Assembly: GCA_010202845.1 (NCBI GenBank)
Contig: CP047921.1
Span: forward strand, 780,001 to 812,000
From: Candidatus Saccharibacteria bacterium oral taxon 488
GTDB taxonomy: Bacteria; Patescibacteriota; Saccharimonadia; Saccharimonadales; Saccharimonadaceae
Reading direction: 5' to 3'
Length of the DNA: 32,000 bases
Below the pieces are notes generated by a model that saw only the letters and a list, made by a program, of their open reading frames with translations, made no database searches and was not told the DNA's origin. Below, in pieces: positions 7,947 to 16,974 of the stretch. The translations under genes and the position numbers were made by a program. How positions within the stretch are numbered: the first letter of the stretch is position 1; every line of letters begins with the position of its first letter.

Positions 7947-10088
7947 ATGCCACCAAATATGCAAGAAGAGCTTGAGCAGCCGCTGGAGAAATTCGGCACC
8001 GATATCACGGCGCTCGCCAGGGAACATAAACTTGATCCGGTCATCGGGCGCGACGAGGAAATTCGCCGCACCATGCAAATCTTGAGCCGGCGCACCAAAA
8101 ATAATCCAGTCCTCATTGGCGAGCCGGGCGTCGGTAAAACCGCCATCGTCGAGGCCCTAGCGCAGCGCATCGTCAAGGGCGACGTACCGGCGTCGCTGAA
8201 AGACAAGCGGCTGATTTCCCTGGAAATTTCCAGTTTACTGGCCGGCGCTAGCTTTCGCGGCCAATTTGAAGAGCGCCTCAAAGCAATTTTGAAAGAAGTT
8301 GAAGAGGCTGCTGGCGAAATTATTTTGTTCGTTGATGAAATTCACACCATGGTCGGCGCCGGCAAAACCGAAGGCAGCATGGACGCTGGCAATATGCTCA
8401 AACCCGCCCTGGCGCGTGGCAAACTACACATGATTGGTGCGACGACATTGGCGGAATATCGCCAGCATGTCGAAAAAGACGCAGCCCTGGAACGGCGCTT
8501 TCAGCCAGTCTATGTCGGCGAGCCGAGTTTTGACGACACCGTGGCGATTTTGCGCGGTTTGAAGGAAAAGTATGAAGTCCATCACGGCGTCAAAATTTCT
8601 GACGATGCCATCGTGGCGGCGGCGCGGCTGTCCACCCGCTATCTACCTGACCGCTTTTTGCCCGATAAGGCCGTTGATTTACTGGATGAAGCGACCAGCG
8701 CTCTGAAGATGCAGCTAGAGAGTGTGCCGATTGCTCTCGATCGGCTGAATAACCGCCGTTTGCAGCTGGAGATTGAAGAAGCAGCGCTGAAAAAAGACAA
8801 ATCCGACCACGCCAAAGCCCGCACAGAGGAAATCAAGCAGCAAATCACCGACCTTCGGGCTCAGGCCGAGGTGATTGACAGTAAATGGCAGCACGAAAAG
8901 GATATCCTCCAGACCGTCAATACCGCTACTGAAAAAATGGATAGCCTGCGCTCGCAACTGGAAATCGCCGAGCGCGACGCCGATCTGGCCACCGCCAGCC
9001 GCATCAAATACGGCGATCTGCCAGAGCTGGAGAAAAAGCTAGCGAGCGCTCGCCAGGAACTAGCGGCTATTCCACCGGCCGACCGCCTGCTGCGTGAAGA
9101 AGTCACCCCTGATGACATTGCCAGCGTGGTGGCGCGCTGGACGGGCATCCCAGTAGAGCGGCTGATGGAGACTGAGTCGAGCAAATTGACCAAATTAGAG
9201 GAACACATCAGCACCCAAGTGATTGGTCAAGACAAGGCCATCGCCGCAGTGGCCAGCGCCATTCGCCGTTCGCGCGCTGGCCTCAGTGATACCAACCGGC
9301 CAATCGGCTCTTTCCTCTTCCTCGGCCCCACTGGCGTGGGCAAAACAGAGGTAGCCCGCAGCTTGTGCCGCGAATTATTCGACGATGGGCACGCCATGAT
9401 TCGTATCGATATGAGCGAATACATGGAGCGGCACGCCGTGGCACGCCTGATTGGCTCGCCGCCAGGCTACGTCGGCTACGACCAAGGCGGACAACTCACC
9501 GAAGCAGTGCGCCGCCGCCCCTACAGCGTGGTGTTGTTTGACGAAATCGAGAAGGCCCACCCCGATGTCTTTAATGTGCTCCTCCAGGTGCTCGACGACG
9601 GCCGCCTGACCGATGGCCAGGGGCGAACAGTCGATTTTTCTAACACGGTCATTATCATGACCAGCAATGTCGGCTCGCAGGCAATTATGGATTTTTCTGG
9701 CGACGATCTGTCGGCACTGGATAATCAAATGATTGATGTCCTCAGACAACATTTCCGCCCGGAATTTCTCAACCGCATCGACGATATCGTTATCTTCGAC
9801 CGCATTCGGCCAGAGGCGATGCGAGCAATTGTCGATGTCCAGCTGAAACGCGTTGCCCGCCAAGTCAAAGATAGCCGCGACATCACGCTGGAATTTGATG
9901 ATAGCGTCCGCGGCATGCTGGCTCGAGATGGCTATGACCCGGCCTTTGGCGCCCGCCCGCTGAAGCGCTTGGTACAAAAACGGGTGCTTGACCCGCTGGC
10001 GCTGGAGCTGATCGACGGACGAATTCATGACGGCGAGACGGTGAAAGTGAATATAATTAATGACCGCGTGAAGTTCCAAAAACAATAA
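7947..10088 (+). CDS. clpB: ClpB-type AAA+ disaggregase lacking the N-terminal domain
   Basis: Two AAA+ modules ([12 protein letters not shown] and [12 protein letters not shown] Walker A motifs) and a coiled-coil middle domain. [38 protein letters not shown] begins about 25 aa after the start. The start is set at the ATG at 7947, behind a perfect SD. Confidence 0.9.
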   Translation: MPPNMQEELEQPLEKFGTDITALAREHKLDPVIGRDEEIRRTMQILSRRTKNNPVLIGEPGVGKTAIVEALAQRIVKGDVPASLKDKRLISLEISSLLAGASFRGQFEERLKAILKEVEEAAGEIILFVDEIHTMVGAGKTEGSMDAGNMLKPALARGKLHMIGATTLAEYRQHVEKDAALERRFQPVYVGEPSFDDTVAILRGLKEKYEVHHGVKISDDAIVAAARLSTRYLPDRFLPDKAVDLLDEATSALKMQLESVPIALDRLNNRRLQLEIEEAALKKDKSDHAKARTEEIKQQITDLRAQAEVIDSKWQHEKDILQTVNTATEKMDSLRSQLEIAERDADLATASRIKYGDLPELEKKLASARQELAAIPPADRLLREEVTPDDIASVVARWTGIPVERLMETESSKLTKLEEHISTQVIGQDKAIAAVASAIRRSRAGLSDTNRPIGSFLFLGPTGVGKTEVARSLCRELFDDGHAMIRIDMSEYMERHAVARLIGSPPGYVGYDQGGQLTEAVRRRPYSVVLFDEIEKAHPDVFNVLLQVLDDGRLTDGQGRTVDFSNTVIIMTSNVGSQAIMDFSGDDLSALDNQMIDVLRQHFRPEFLNRIDDIVIFDRIRPEAMRAIVDVQLKRVARQVKDSRDITLEFDDSVRGMLARDGYDPAFGARPLKRLVQKRVLDPLALELIDGRIHDGETVKVNIINDRVKFQKQ

Positions 10089-10192
10089 ATTAAGTTTCAC
10101 CTATTTCCCTGATTAACACCTTCCATCGTCGTACGGCCGCATTTGACCGCAAACATCCGAGCCCCGCCTTGATTGAGTCAATGCAGCGCAAG

Positions 10193-10227
10193 AAAAAGCG
10201 TCCCAGCCATCAACTGGAACGCTTTTT
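10193..10227. terminator. Bidirectional rho-independent terminator between convergent clpB and the FtsX permease gene
   Basis: AAAAA-GCGTCCCAG-ccatcaa-CTGGAACGC-TTTTT. The 9-bp stem has one mismatch (a G.U on the minus-strand RNA), and both strands have U-tracts. Confidence 0.7.
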
Positions 10228-10258
10228 GATAGATTATCCTCGGGCCGATACAAACACA

Positions 10259-12484
10259 CTACTCGGTCTGGTTGGCCTCTGCCCGCGTCAGCTTATCAAC
10301 CATCGGCAGGATCAAGTAGATACCAATGATAGCTGCCGCCAGACCGATACCAACGATGGCGAAGTAAGTTGGCGTCAGCACCGGCTTCAGCGTCGTCGAG
10401 AACGTGCTAGTAAATACTGCACCCGTCCACACGCCAAAACCGCATGACAGAATCGAGGTGGTCAGCAGCGGCGCCACCGATTCAACCATCACCAAGCGTT
10501 TCAGTTGAATGAGACGCATACCGCCCAGCCGCAGCGTGTACAGCGAGCGGCGACGTTCCATCAGCCCGCCAATCGTCGAGACGATCAAGCTTGCCACCGC
10601 CACGAACAGCGTCACGCCGATACCAACATAGGCCAAGTCAGCAAACTCGCGAATCGTCGGATTGATATGCGGCTTTTTAGAGTCAGTGCCGCTCACTGCA
10701 TATGTCAGATCATACTGATTAGCCTTCGCTGTCACCAAGGTGCGCAGCTTCTCGATGTCATCGTCTGATTTCAATGTCACCAAATACTCTTTAGCGCCGT
10801 TCGTATCAACCCGGTCATTAATCAGCGACACCTTTTTGACCACCGGCTTATCAAAATTCAGCAATGCAAATTGGTCGGGCTGGGCGTTATTCGAGCAAGT
10901 GTGCTCAGTATACTTCGCTAAATCCTGACAGCGAATCGCGTCACCATCCTCACGCGGATAGATCGTCGCCACCGACGTGATGTAAGATTTTTGCTGCAGC
11001 TGCTCCGCCATGTCGCCTGGCAGCGATCGGCCGATGACAACTGCCGTGCCGCGCTTTAATTGTGAAAAGCCGTTATCTTTGATAGCTTGAGCGTTTAAGC
11101 CTTCAATACCGCTAGTTGCCGTCAAGTAAAAGCTGCCCGCAAACAGCGCCAATACCACGCCGCTGACGCTGCGGAAAATTGTCCGCGAATGCACCGCCGT
11201 ACGCTTACCGGCGATCAGCATCGAAGCGTTATTAGCCCAGCGCGCTGCCAACAGCGACAGCTTATTAGTCAGCCAGCCGCCAGCCAGAATCAAGCCGAAC
11301 ATCACCAGCAGCAGCGCCGCCATCAATAGTACCGACGGCAGAGCTGATTCTTTATTAGCCGCCAGCCAATCCCGCCCCGGCTTCGACGACAGCCAAGCAA
11401 AGAACGCGATACCAAGTGCTGGCACCAGCGCCCGCCAAGCACGCAATTTCTTTACCTTTTCAACCGAACGCGACACACCCAGCGGCGAAATTTGCGCCCG
11501 GCGCATCCGTCGCCAGTTGACAAACATCGTTAGTCCCAGCGTCAAACCGATAATCAACGCATATTGCGTGCCAGTTAACACCAAATCACCAGGATTAAAC
11601 CGCATGCCGTCCATCTTGAAATCCTGCAGCGGCGCTTGCAACAGCCAGAACGTGCCTAGCCCGATAATCACGCCAACCACCGACGCCAACAGCGACTCCA
11701 GCATCAATATCCGTGCCACCTGCCGCTTAGTCGCACCGATCAGCCGCAAAGCAGCATAACGTTTCTCGCGTTGCGCCGCGCCCAGCTGTGTTGCTACTGA
11801 TACAAAAATGACGATTGGAAACAACAATATCGTCCCGCCGACGCCAAATACAATAACAGCAACTGGGTCTATTTTAGCATCCGATTTTAATCCGTTAGCG
11901 TCCGTCCGATAAACATCAGCAAAGTATGATGGCTGCCCCTGAGATTTGGTAAAAGCATCGCTCTCGGCCACTTCCTCGGCGCTAGCACCGCGCACTATCA
12001 TCAGCGTATCCGGACTAGCAACATATTCGCTAGGAATTACGCCGAGGTATTTGGTATTTTTACCAAAACGCGCCAAGATATTATCCTCTGGGTATTCAGC
12101 AACCGCATCAGCCAACGCTTTTGACAAATAATATTCGCCAGGACGCGGAGTTTTCAGTTTGGCAAACTGCGGCGATTTAGCCGTACCGTACATCGAATAA
12201 TACTGGATAGATTGACCGCGCCACTTCGATGCATCGCCGCGCTGGGTACCGCCAACTTTTAGCGGCTCGACACCAGCAATCGGTTTTTGTTCGGCTACAC
12301 CGCGGGTTGCCTGATACGCCGCCGTATTAATTGCTAATCCATTAACACGCCCCATTAGACCGTTGACACCAGCCGTAAAGTAGCACACCAGCACGATTCC
12401 CAGTGCCACCGCCACCGTAGTCAAGCCCAGACGCGCGAACGACTGGCGGCCAGACTTTTTTAATAACATCCAACTGACACTCAT
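10259..12484 (-). CDS. ABC transporter permease, FtsX/MacB-type with two FtsX modules and large extracytoplasmic loops
   Basis: 741 aa. An N-terminal TM is followed by a loop of about 170 aa and a TM bundle, and this arrangement is repeated. It is overlap-coupled (TGATG at 12484) to a MacB/LolD-like ATPase gene. Confidence 0.8.
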   Translation of the reverse strand: MSVSWMLLKKSGRQSFARLGLTTVAVALGIVLVCYFTAGVNGLMGRVNGLAINTAAYQATRGVAEQKPIAGVEPLKVGGTQRGDASKWRGQSIQYYSMYGTAKSPQFAKLKTPRPGEYYLSKALADAVAEYPEDNILARFGKNTKYLGVIPSEYVASPDTLMIVRGASAEEVAESDAFTKSQGQPSYFADVYRTDANGLKSDAKIDPVAVIVFGVGGTILLFPIVIFVSVATQLGAAQREKRYAALRLIGATKRQVARILMLESLLASVVGVIIGLGTFWLLQAPLQDFKMDGMRFNPGDLVLTGTQYALIIGLTLGLTMFVNWRRMRRAQISPLGVSRSVEKVKKLRAWRALVPALGIAFFAWLSSKPGRDWLAANKESALPSVLLMAALLLVMFGLILAGGWLTNKLSLLAARWANNASMLIAGKRTAVHSRTIFRSVSGVVLALFAGSFYLTATSGIEGLNAQAIKDNGFSQLKRGTAVVIGRSLPGDMAEQLQQKSYITSVATIYPREDGDAIRCQDLAKYTEHTCSNNAQPDQFALLNFDKPVVKKVSLINDRVDTNGAKEYLVTLKSDDDIEKLRTLVTAKANQYDLTYAVSGTDSKKPHINPTIREFADLAYVGIGVTLFVAVASLIVSTIGGLMERRRSLYTLRLGGMRLIQLKRLVMVESVAPLLTTSILSCGFGVWTGAVFTSTFSTTLKPVLTPTYFAIVGIGLAAAIIGIYLILPMVDKLTRAEANQTE

Positions 12485-13209
12485 CAGACAATCCTCGCCT
12501 TGGCTTTATTGACCCTCGCCTGCGCCGGATGCACCCCTGCGCCAGCACCGGAAATTTGCCCATCACGGACGATGATTTCCCGATCAGCGTAGGCGGCAAT
12601 CGTCGGTTCGTGCGTCACCATGATGACTGTTGTGCCGTGCTCTTTGGCGGTTTTGATGAATAGCTCCATAACCCTCTCTGAATTCAAACTGTCCAGCGAA
12701 CCAGTCGGCTCGTCAGCGAACAGCACCTTTGGCTCAATCACCATGGCCCGGGCAATCGCCACCCGCTGCATTTGTCCGCCCGACAACTCGCCAAGCATAC
12801 TGTCAGCTTTATTACCCAGCTCAACCTTATTCAGCCATGTTTTCGCCTGTTGATAGGCTTCTTTACGCTTGACACCGTTAAGCAGTAGCGGCAGCGCCAC
12901 ATTATCCAGCGCTGTCAGCTCTGGCACCAACTGTCCAAACTGAAAGACGAAGCCAAAGCTAGTGCGCCGTAAAATACTGCGCTGATCATCGCTCAGTTTG
13001 TCAATCCGCCGACCATCAAAATCAATCTCGCCACTATCAACCTTGGTAATCGCCGCCAAGCTATGCAGCAGCGTCGACTTACCAGAGCCCGACGGACCCA
13101 TAATCGCCAGCACCTCGCCCGCCTCGACGTCCAAGCTGACACCGCGCAGCGCATGCGTTTGCCCGAACGACTTCTTAATATTTTTAGCGCTAATTATTGG
13201 TTTGCTCAT
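12484..13209 (-). CDS. ABC transporter ATP-binding protein (MacB/LolD-like)
   Basis: Walker A GPSGSGKST, Q-loop FVFQ, signature LSGGQMQR and Walker B VLFADEPTGSLD. Confidence 0.92.
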   Translation of the reverse strand: MSKPIISAKNIKKSFGQTHALRGVSLDVEAGEVLAIMGPSGSGKSTLLHSLAAITKVDSGEIDFDGRRIDKLSDDQRSILRRTSFGFVFQFGQLVPELTALDNVALPLLLNGVKRKEAYQQAKTWLNKVELGNKADSMLGELSGGQMQRVAIARAMVIEPKVLFADEPTGSLDSLNSERVMELFIKTAKEHGTTVIMVTHEPTIAAYADREIIVRDGQISGAGAGVHPAQARVNKAKARIV

Positions 13210-13732
13210 GCAAAATTTCCTCCTTTAGCCGCGTTAAACGCGAAATAGTTAATTCAATCCAGCGCAAATCCGCCTCCAAATGATACAGTGCATGGTCGAT
13301 CAGCAGCATGTCCGACAAACTACTATCGCGCCGCTGCACCGTCAGCTCGCGCATTCGTTGGATGTGCGCCTGCCGTTGGTTATCCAGATACGGTGATGCA
13401 TCGCCGTCTTTCAAAATCGCCAATACCGCCTTGATATACATCGTCGCTTGCAGCTGCGGCGACGGCGCCTCTGGTGATTCCAACCATGCTTGTAAATCCT
13501 GCTTACCCTCATCGGTAATTTCATACCGAACCCGATCCGGCCCGCCCGATTCGCTGGTATCGGCAATCTCTTTGACCTTGTTATCGCGTTTGAGCCGCGC
13601 CAAAGTTGAATATATCTGACCAGTTAAAATTGGCTTATCTTTGCCAAAATAGCCGTCATATTTTTTCTTCAACTCATAGCCGTAATTTGACTCTTCCGCT
13701 AAAAACCCTAACAGTGTATATTGAATGCTCAT
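13190..13732 (-). CDS. PadR family transcriptional regulator
   Basis: N-terminal wHTH LLGFLAEESNYGYELKKKY...GQIYSTLARLKRDNKV is typical of PadR. The start is set at MSIQYTLLG (ATG at 13732), 6 nt downstream of a -10 element. First gene of the operon with the ABC/FtsX pair. Confidence 0.85.
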   Translation of the reverse strand: MSIQYTLLGFLAEESNYGYELKKKYDGYFGKDKPILTGQIYSTLARLKRDNKVKEIADTSESGGPDRVRYEITDEGKQDLQAWLESPEAPSPQLQATMYIKAVLAILKDGDASPYLDNQRQAHIQRMRELTVQRRDSSLSDMLLIDHALYHLEADLRWIELTISRLTRLKEEILHEQTNN

Positions 13733-13738
13733 ATTCTT

Positions 13739-13790
13739 ACTATACACCCAGTGTTTAGTTAATGCAAGAGTTTTATACACTCGGTGTATA
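13739..13790 (-). promoter_or_regulatory. padR promoter (-35 TTGCAT 13762-13767, 17-nt spacer, -10 TATAGT 13739-13744) with two palindromic operators
   Basis: Operator 1 is TATACAC-cca-GTGTtTA at 13741-13757 and overlaps the -10. Operator 2 is the perfect palindrome TATACAC-tcg-GTGTATA at 13774-13790, upstream of the -35. Confidence 0.6.
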
Positions 13791-13918
13791 GTTGCTATTA
13801 CAACGTCCATTCACTCTATTGACACGGCACCCGCCCCATCACAGATAGCTCACCCCACCAAACCGCCACGACCAGTAGCCCACCTCGCCAGAATACAGAC
13901 TATTATTCAATTTTAGCG

Positions 13919-13924
13919 TATAAT
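13919..13924 (+). promoter_or_regulatory. -10 hexamer TATAAT, 6 nt upstream of the ATG at 13931 (leaderless-type)
   Basis: Sequence is gcgTATAAT-aggttc-ATG. Confidence 0.45.
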
Positions 13925-13930
13925 AGGTTC

Positions 13931-14539
13931 ATGGCACAGTTTTGCCGGGTATACCGTAAACAGCGATCGGTTAAGTCAGTCCTGTTGGGAATTGGCAAAA
14001 TTCTCAGCTTGCCACAATACTTACTGCTAGCAGTTGTTTTATCGTTGCTGTTTGCACTCATTATTTTCTTTGCCATCAACGCTAATTTTTATGGCCCGCT
14101 GATGATGTCGCGACTGCCAATACTGGACAAGGTTGCCCTTTTGGGAACCATGTTTATTGACATATTCAAACAAGCTTTCACCTCGCCAAACGGTGCACTA
14201 TTGCTCATGGTGTCAATCCTCCAGGGTCTGTCGATTACCGTCGTCATTTTCACTGCCAAGAAAAATAAGCGTAGTGAACAGTCTGTCACTAGACAGGTCG
14301 GGCTTAGCGGCTTGGCCTCCGTAGCTACCGCTATCGGTTTGGGCTGCGTTCCCTGCGGCACGTCACTCATCCTGCCGCTCGTTGCCGTGTTCTTCTCAGG
14401 CGCCGCCGCAGCCACTGCCGCCACTGTCGCCAGCACCCTCGTTCTGATCTTAGCGCTACTTCTGAGCCTCTTTTCACTCTACAAATCTGGACAAATCGCC
14501 TTTATGTATACAGAATTAGCAAAACAGGGGGAAGTATGA
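13931..14539 (+). CDS. Integral membrane protein with an intramembrane CVPC motif (unknown family)
   Basis: About 4 predicted TM helices. The only Cys pair (GLGCVPCGTS) sits in TM3. The stop overlaps the ATG of the DsbA-like gene (ATGA at 14536-14539). Confidence 0.7.
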   Translation: MAQFCRVYRKQRSVKSVLLGIGKILSLPQYLLLAVVLSLLFALIIFFAINANFYGPLMMSRLPILDKVALLGTMFIDIFKQAFTSPNGALLLMVSILQGLSITVVIFTAKKNKRSEQSVTRQVGLSGLASVATAIGLGCVPCGTSLILPLVAVFFSGAAAATAATVASTLVLILALLLSLFSLYKSGQIAFMYTELAKQGEV

Positions 14540-15252
14540 ATCGACAAAAAACAGCCGGCATAGCGCTCATTTGGGTCATTTTAGGAATTATGATCGCAGG
14601 CATTGTAGCGCTATTTATCTATGGCATTATTAATCGCCCGCCAAATCGCCACATTGGTGACGGCAAGCCGTGGAATGAAAAAATGTCGCAAGGCTCTAGC
14701 GAAGCCAAGCACGTGTTCGTCGATTACACTGATTATTTTTGTTCGTTTTGTGCCGAAGTCGAAGCGGCCACCAGCACCAATTTTTTCAAGAATGACTATA
14801 TCAAATCAGGCAAAGTTCGTTATGAACACCGCGTAGTCACGCTGCTCAAGGAGGTCACTAACAACACCGAATCTGGCGCCCACGCTGCGTTCTGTGCCGC
14901 CGACCAAGACAAATATTGGCAATATACCCACGACATCGTGCCGCGCATCAAACGTGATTATTTTGATAAGGGAATTGGCGTAAAAAACGTCGCCACACCG
15001 CAAAAAATTCCACCACTACCGTTAGAATATTTCCTAACTTCTGCCAAGAGTGTCGGCATGGACGAGGCAAAATTTGCTGATTGTATGACTAAGAAACCGC
15101 ACCAAAATGAGATTGAGAATAATACCAAGAAAGCCCTCTCGCTTGGCGTGAGCGGCCTGCCATACATGGTAGTCAATGACTATGTCGCCAGTGGATTTAT
15201 GGGCGGCGAAAATGGGCTGAAGGCAATTTTGAAAGCCGGCGGAGCGGACTGA
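14536..15252 (+). CDS. DsbA-family thiol:disulfide oxidoreductase, membrane anchored
   Basis: N-terminal TM helix, active site FCSFC, and a cis-Pro loop GVSGLPYMVV. Confidence 0.85.
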   Translation: MNRQKTAGIALIWVILGIMIAGIVALFIYGIINRPPNRHIGDGKPWNEKMSQGSSEAKHVFVDYTDYFCSFCAEVEAATSTNFFKNDYIKSGKVRYEHRVVTLLKEVTNNTESGAHAAFCAADQDKYWQYTHDIVPRIKRDYFDKGIGVKNVATPQKIPPLPLEYFLTSAKSVGMDEAKFADCMTKKPHQNEIENNTKKALSLGVSGLPYMVVNDYVASGFMGGENGLKAILKAGGAD

Positions 15253-16745
15253 TGCCCACCAAAAAAATACAAAGTAAGCCTCAAAAATCATCGGCAAAAC
15301 GACAATCAGCTCGGCCCAGTCGTGGGCCAAAAACTAATACAGTTCCTGCGAACCGACCCAAACTGAGCAGTATTTTATTCACTACACTGCTTTTACTGAT
15401 GGTAACCGCGATAGGTGTATTGTTCTACTTCCACTCCAAGCAACCACCAGCACAGCGCCCAACGGTCTTGGAAGATGAAAAATATTACTTCACCGACTCA
15501 CGCTATGCTGGCATCCGCTCCAAGTTCGTAACACGCGACACCAAACACGAAAAAGTCTCAATTGAATACCCAATCACCAGCAATTCCAAAATCAACAAAC
15601 TCATCGCCCGAACAATTGACCGCGCCGACGGCGATTTTCGCCACACCGCCACTAACGCTCCGACATTCGACCGGCCAATGACAGAGACGATTAGTTATCA
15701 AGTTACGCATAATAATTCGACCGCTCTGTCGATGATCGTCAATATTAAACAAGACATGCACGGCGCGCATCCGGTGTCACTAACGCATTTTTGGACGTTT
15801 GACAAGAAGTCTGGCGAGGTGATTGGCTTGGATAATTTGACTGAAAAATCGGAGGAAGCCATCAAGGCAATCGTGGCAGCTGCCCGGCACGACGTCGCGC
15901 AAACCATCAAACAGCGCCACCAACCAGAAGCAAATCTTGATGAGATGATCACCAAGGAGGCGTTGTCGAACTTCACCATCACTGATGATGGTAACACCTT
16001 GGCTTGGCCGATTGGACAGGCGTCGCTCTTGCCGTCAGCTTACGGCGAAATGACGATCAAAGTGCCGATCGCCGCCGTTGCCAAATATCTGCAAAATTCG
16101 ACAGCCCGAAAAGTAGCTAATATCCCCAAGCCGCCCGAGCCAAAACCAGAGCCAAAGCCAGCGCCTACGGCGCCGACACCCACAAACCCAGGTAAAGTGA
16201 TCGCCTTGACGTTTGACGACGGGCCGGGACCATACACTGCACACCTACTGGACATCTTGGATCAATATGGTGCGAAAGCGACGTTTTTCTTGATTGGTAG
16301 CAAGGTCTCCGGGCAAGCCGGTGTCGTACGCAGCATGCACGCGCGCGGCCACCAACTGGGCAATCATTCATGGTCGCACCCAGAACTGCCTAAATTGCCA
16401 GTTGGCCAAATTGCTGGCGAAATCGACCGTACCAATGACGCCATCAAGCAAGCCACCGGCGTCAAGCCGACTATCTTGCGCCCACCCTACGGCGCGGTCA
16501 ACAGCGCTGTCTTGGAGCAACTTCGCCTGCGCGGCATGTCGTCAATCTTGTGGTCGGTCGATACCCGCGATTGGGCCGACCGTAATAGCGAAATCATCTG
16601 CTCGCGCGCCGTCGCTGGCGCCCACCCCGGAGCTATCATCTTGATGCACGACATTCATCAAACGTCAGTTGGCGCCGTACCGTGTATCCTCAGCGCGCTG
16701 AAGCAGCAAGGATATTCGTTTGTAACGGTGCAAGGATTGAACTAG
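15252..16745 (+). CDS. PdaC-like polysaccharide/peptidoglycan deacetylase (TM + DUF3298-like domain + NodB domain)
   Basis: C-terminal NodB motifs LTFDDGP, HSWSHP, LRPPYG and ILMHD, a Pro-rich linker PKPPEPKPEPKPAPTAPTP, and an N-terminal TM. The start overlaps the upstream stop (TGATG). Confidence 0.85.
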   Translation: MPTKKIQSKPQKSSAKRQSARPSRGPKTNTVPANRPKLSSILFTTLLLLMVTAIGVLFYFHSKQPPAQRPTVLEDEKYYFTDSRYAGIRSKFVTRDTKHEKVSIEYPITSNSKINKLIARTIDRADGDFRHTATNAPTFDRPMTETISYQVTHNNSTALSMIVNIKQDMHGAHPVSLTHFWTFDKKSGEVIGLDNLTEKSEEAIKAIVAAARHDVAQTIKQRHQPEANLDEMITKEALSNFTITDDGNTLAWPIGQASLLPSAYGEMTIKVPIAAVAKYLQNSTARKVANIPKPPEPKPEPKPAPTAPTPTNPGKVIALTFDDGPGPYTAHLLDILDQYGAKATFFLIGSKVSGQAGVVRSMHARGHQLGNHSWSHPELPKLPVGQIAGEIDRTNDAIKQATGVKPTILRPPYGAVNSAVLEQLRLRGMSSILWSVDTRDWADRNSEIICSRAVAGAHPGAIILMHDIHQTSVGAVPCILSALKQQGYSFVTVQGLN

Positions 16746-16972
16746 GCCGCCTCGTCAATCTCAAACACCTTGTATTTCGAAGCAGCGCCGCGCACCAATT
16801 TTACCTTTGACGACGCCACACCAAAATGCTTCGCCAGTAATTTTACCGCCGCCAAATTCGCCCGCCCCTCAATAGCTGGCGCCTTAGTATAAACCGTCAG
16901 CGAACCGTCATCGTTCGTTACGACTTCTTCACGGTGGCGGGAGTTGGGTTTGAGGTGGATAGAGATTTTCAT
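16742..16972 (-). CDS. DUF167 (YggU-like) family protein
   Basis: 76 aa with GRANLAAVKLLAKHFGVASSKVKLVRGAASKYKVFEI, typical of UPF0235/DUF167. It starts 2 nt after the hsdR stop. Confidence 0.75.
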   Translation of the reverse strand: MKISIHLKPNSRHREEVVTNDDGSLTVYTKAPAIEGRANLAAVKLLAKHFGVASSKVKLVRGAASKYKVFEIDEAA

Positions 16973-16974
16973 AC

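Noticed and set aside
9375-10100. 241-aa minus-strand ORF
   Set aside because: It is entirely antisense to the well-supported clpB gene and has no recognisable motifs. It is typical of a shadow ORF in GC-balanced coding DNA.
13733-13810. 26-aa N-terminal extension of the PadR ORF (track start 13810)
   Set aside because: It would read through the promoter and operator palindromes. PadR proteins begin right at the wHTH, as with the ATG at 13732.
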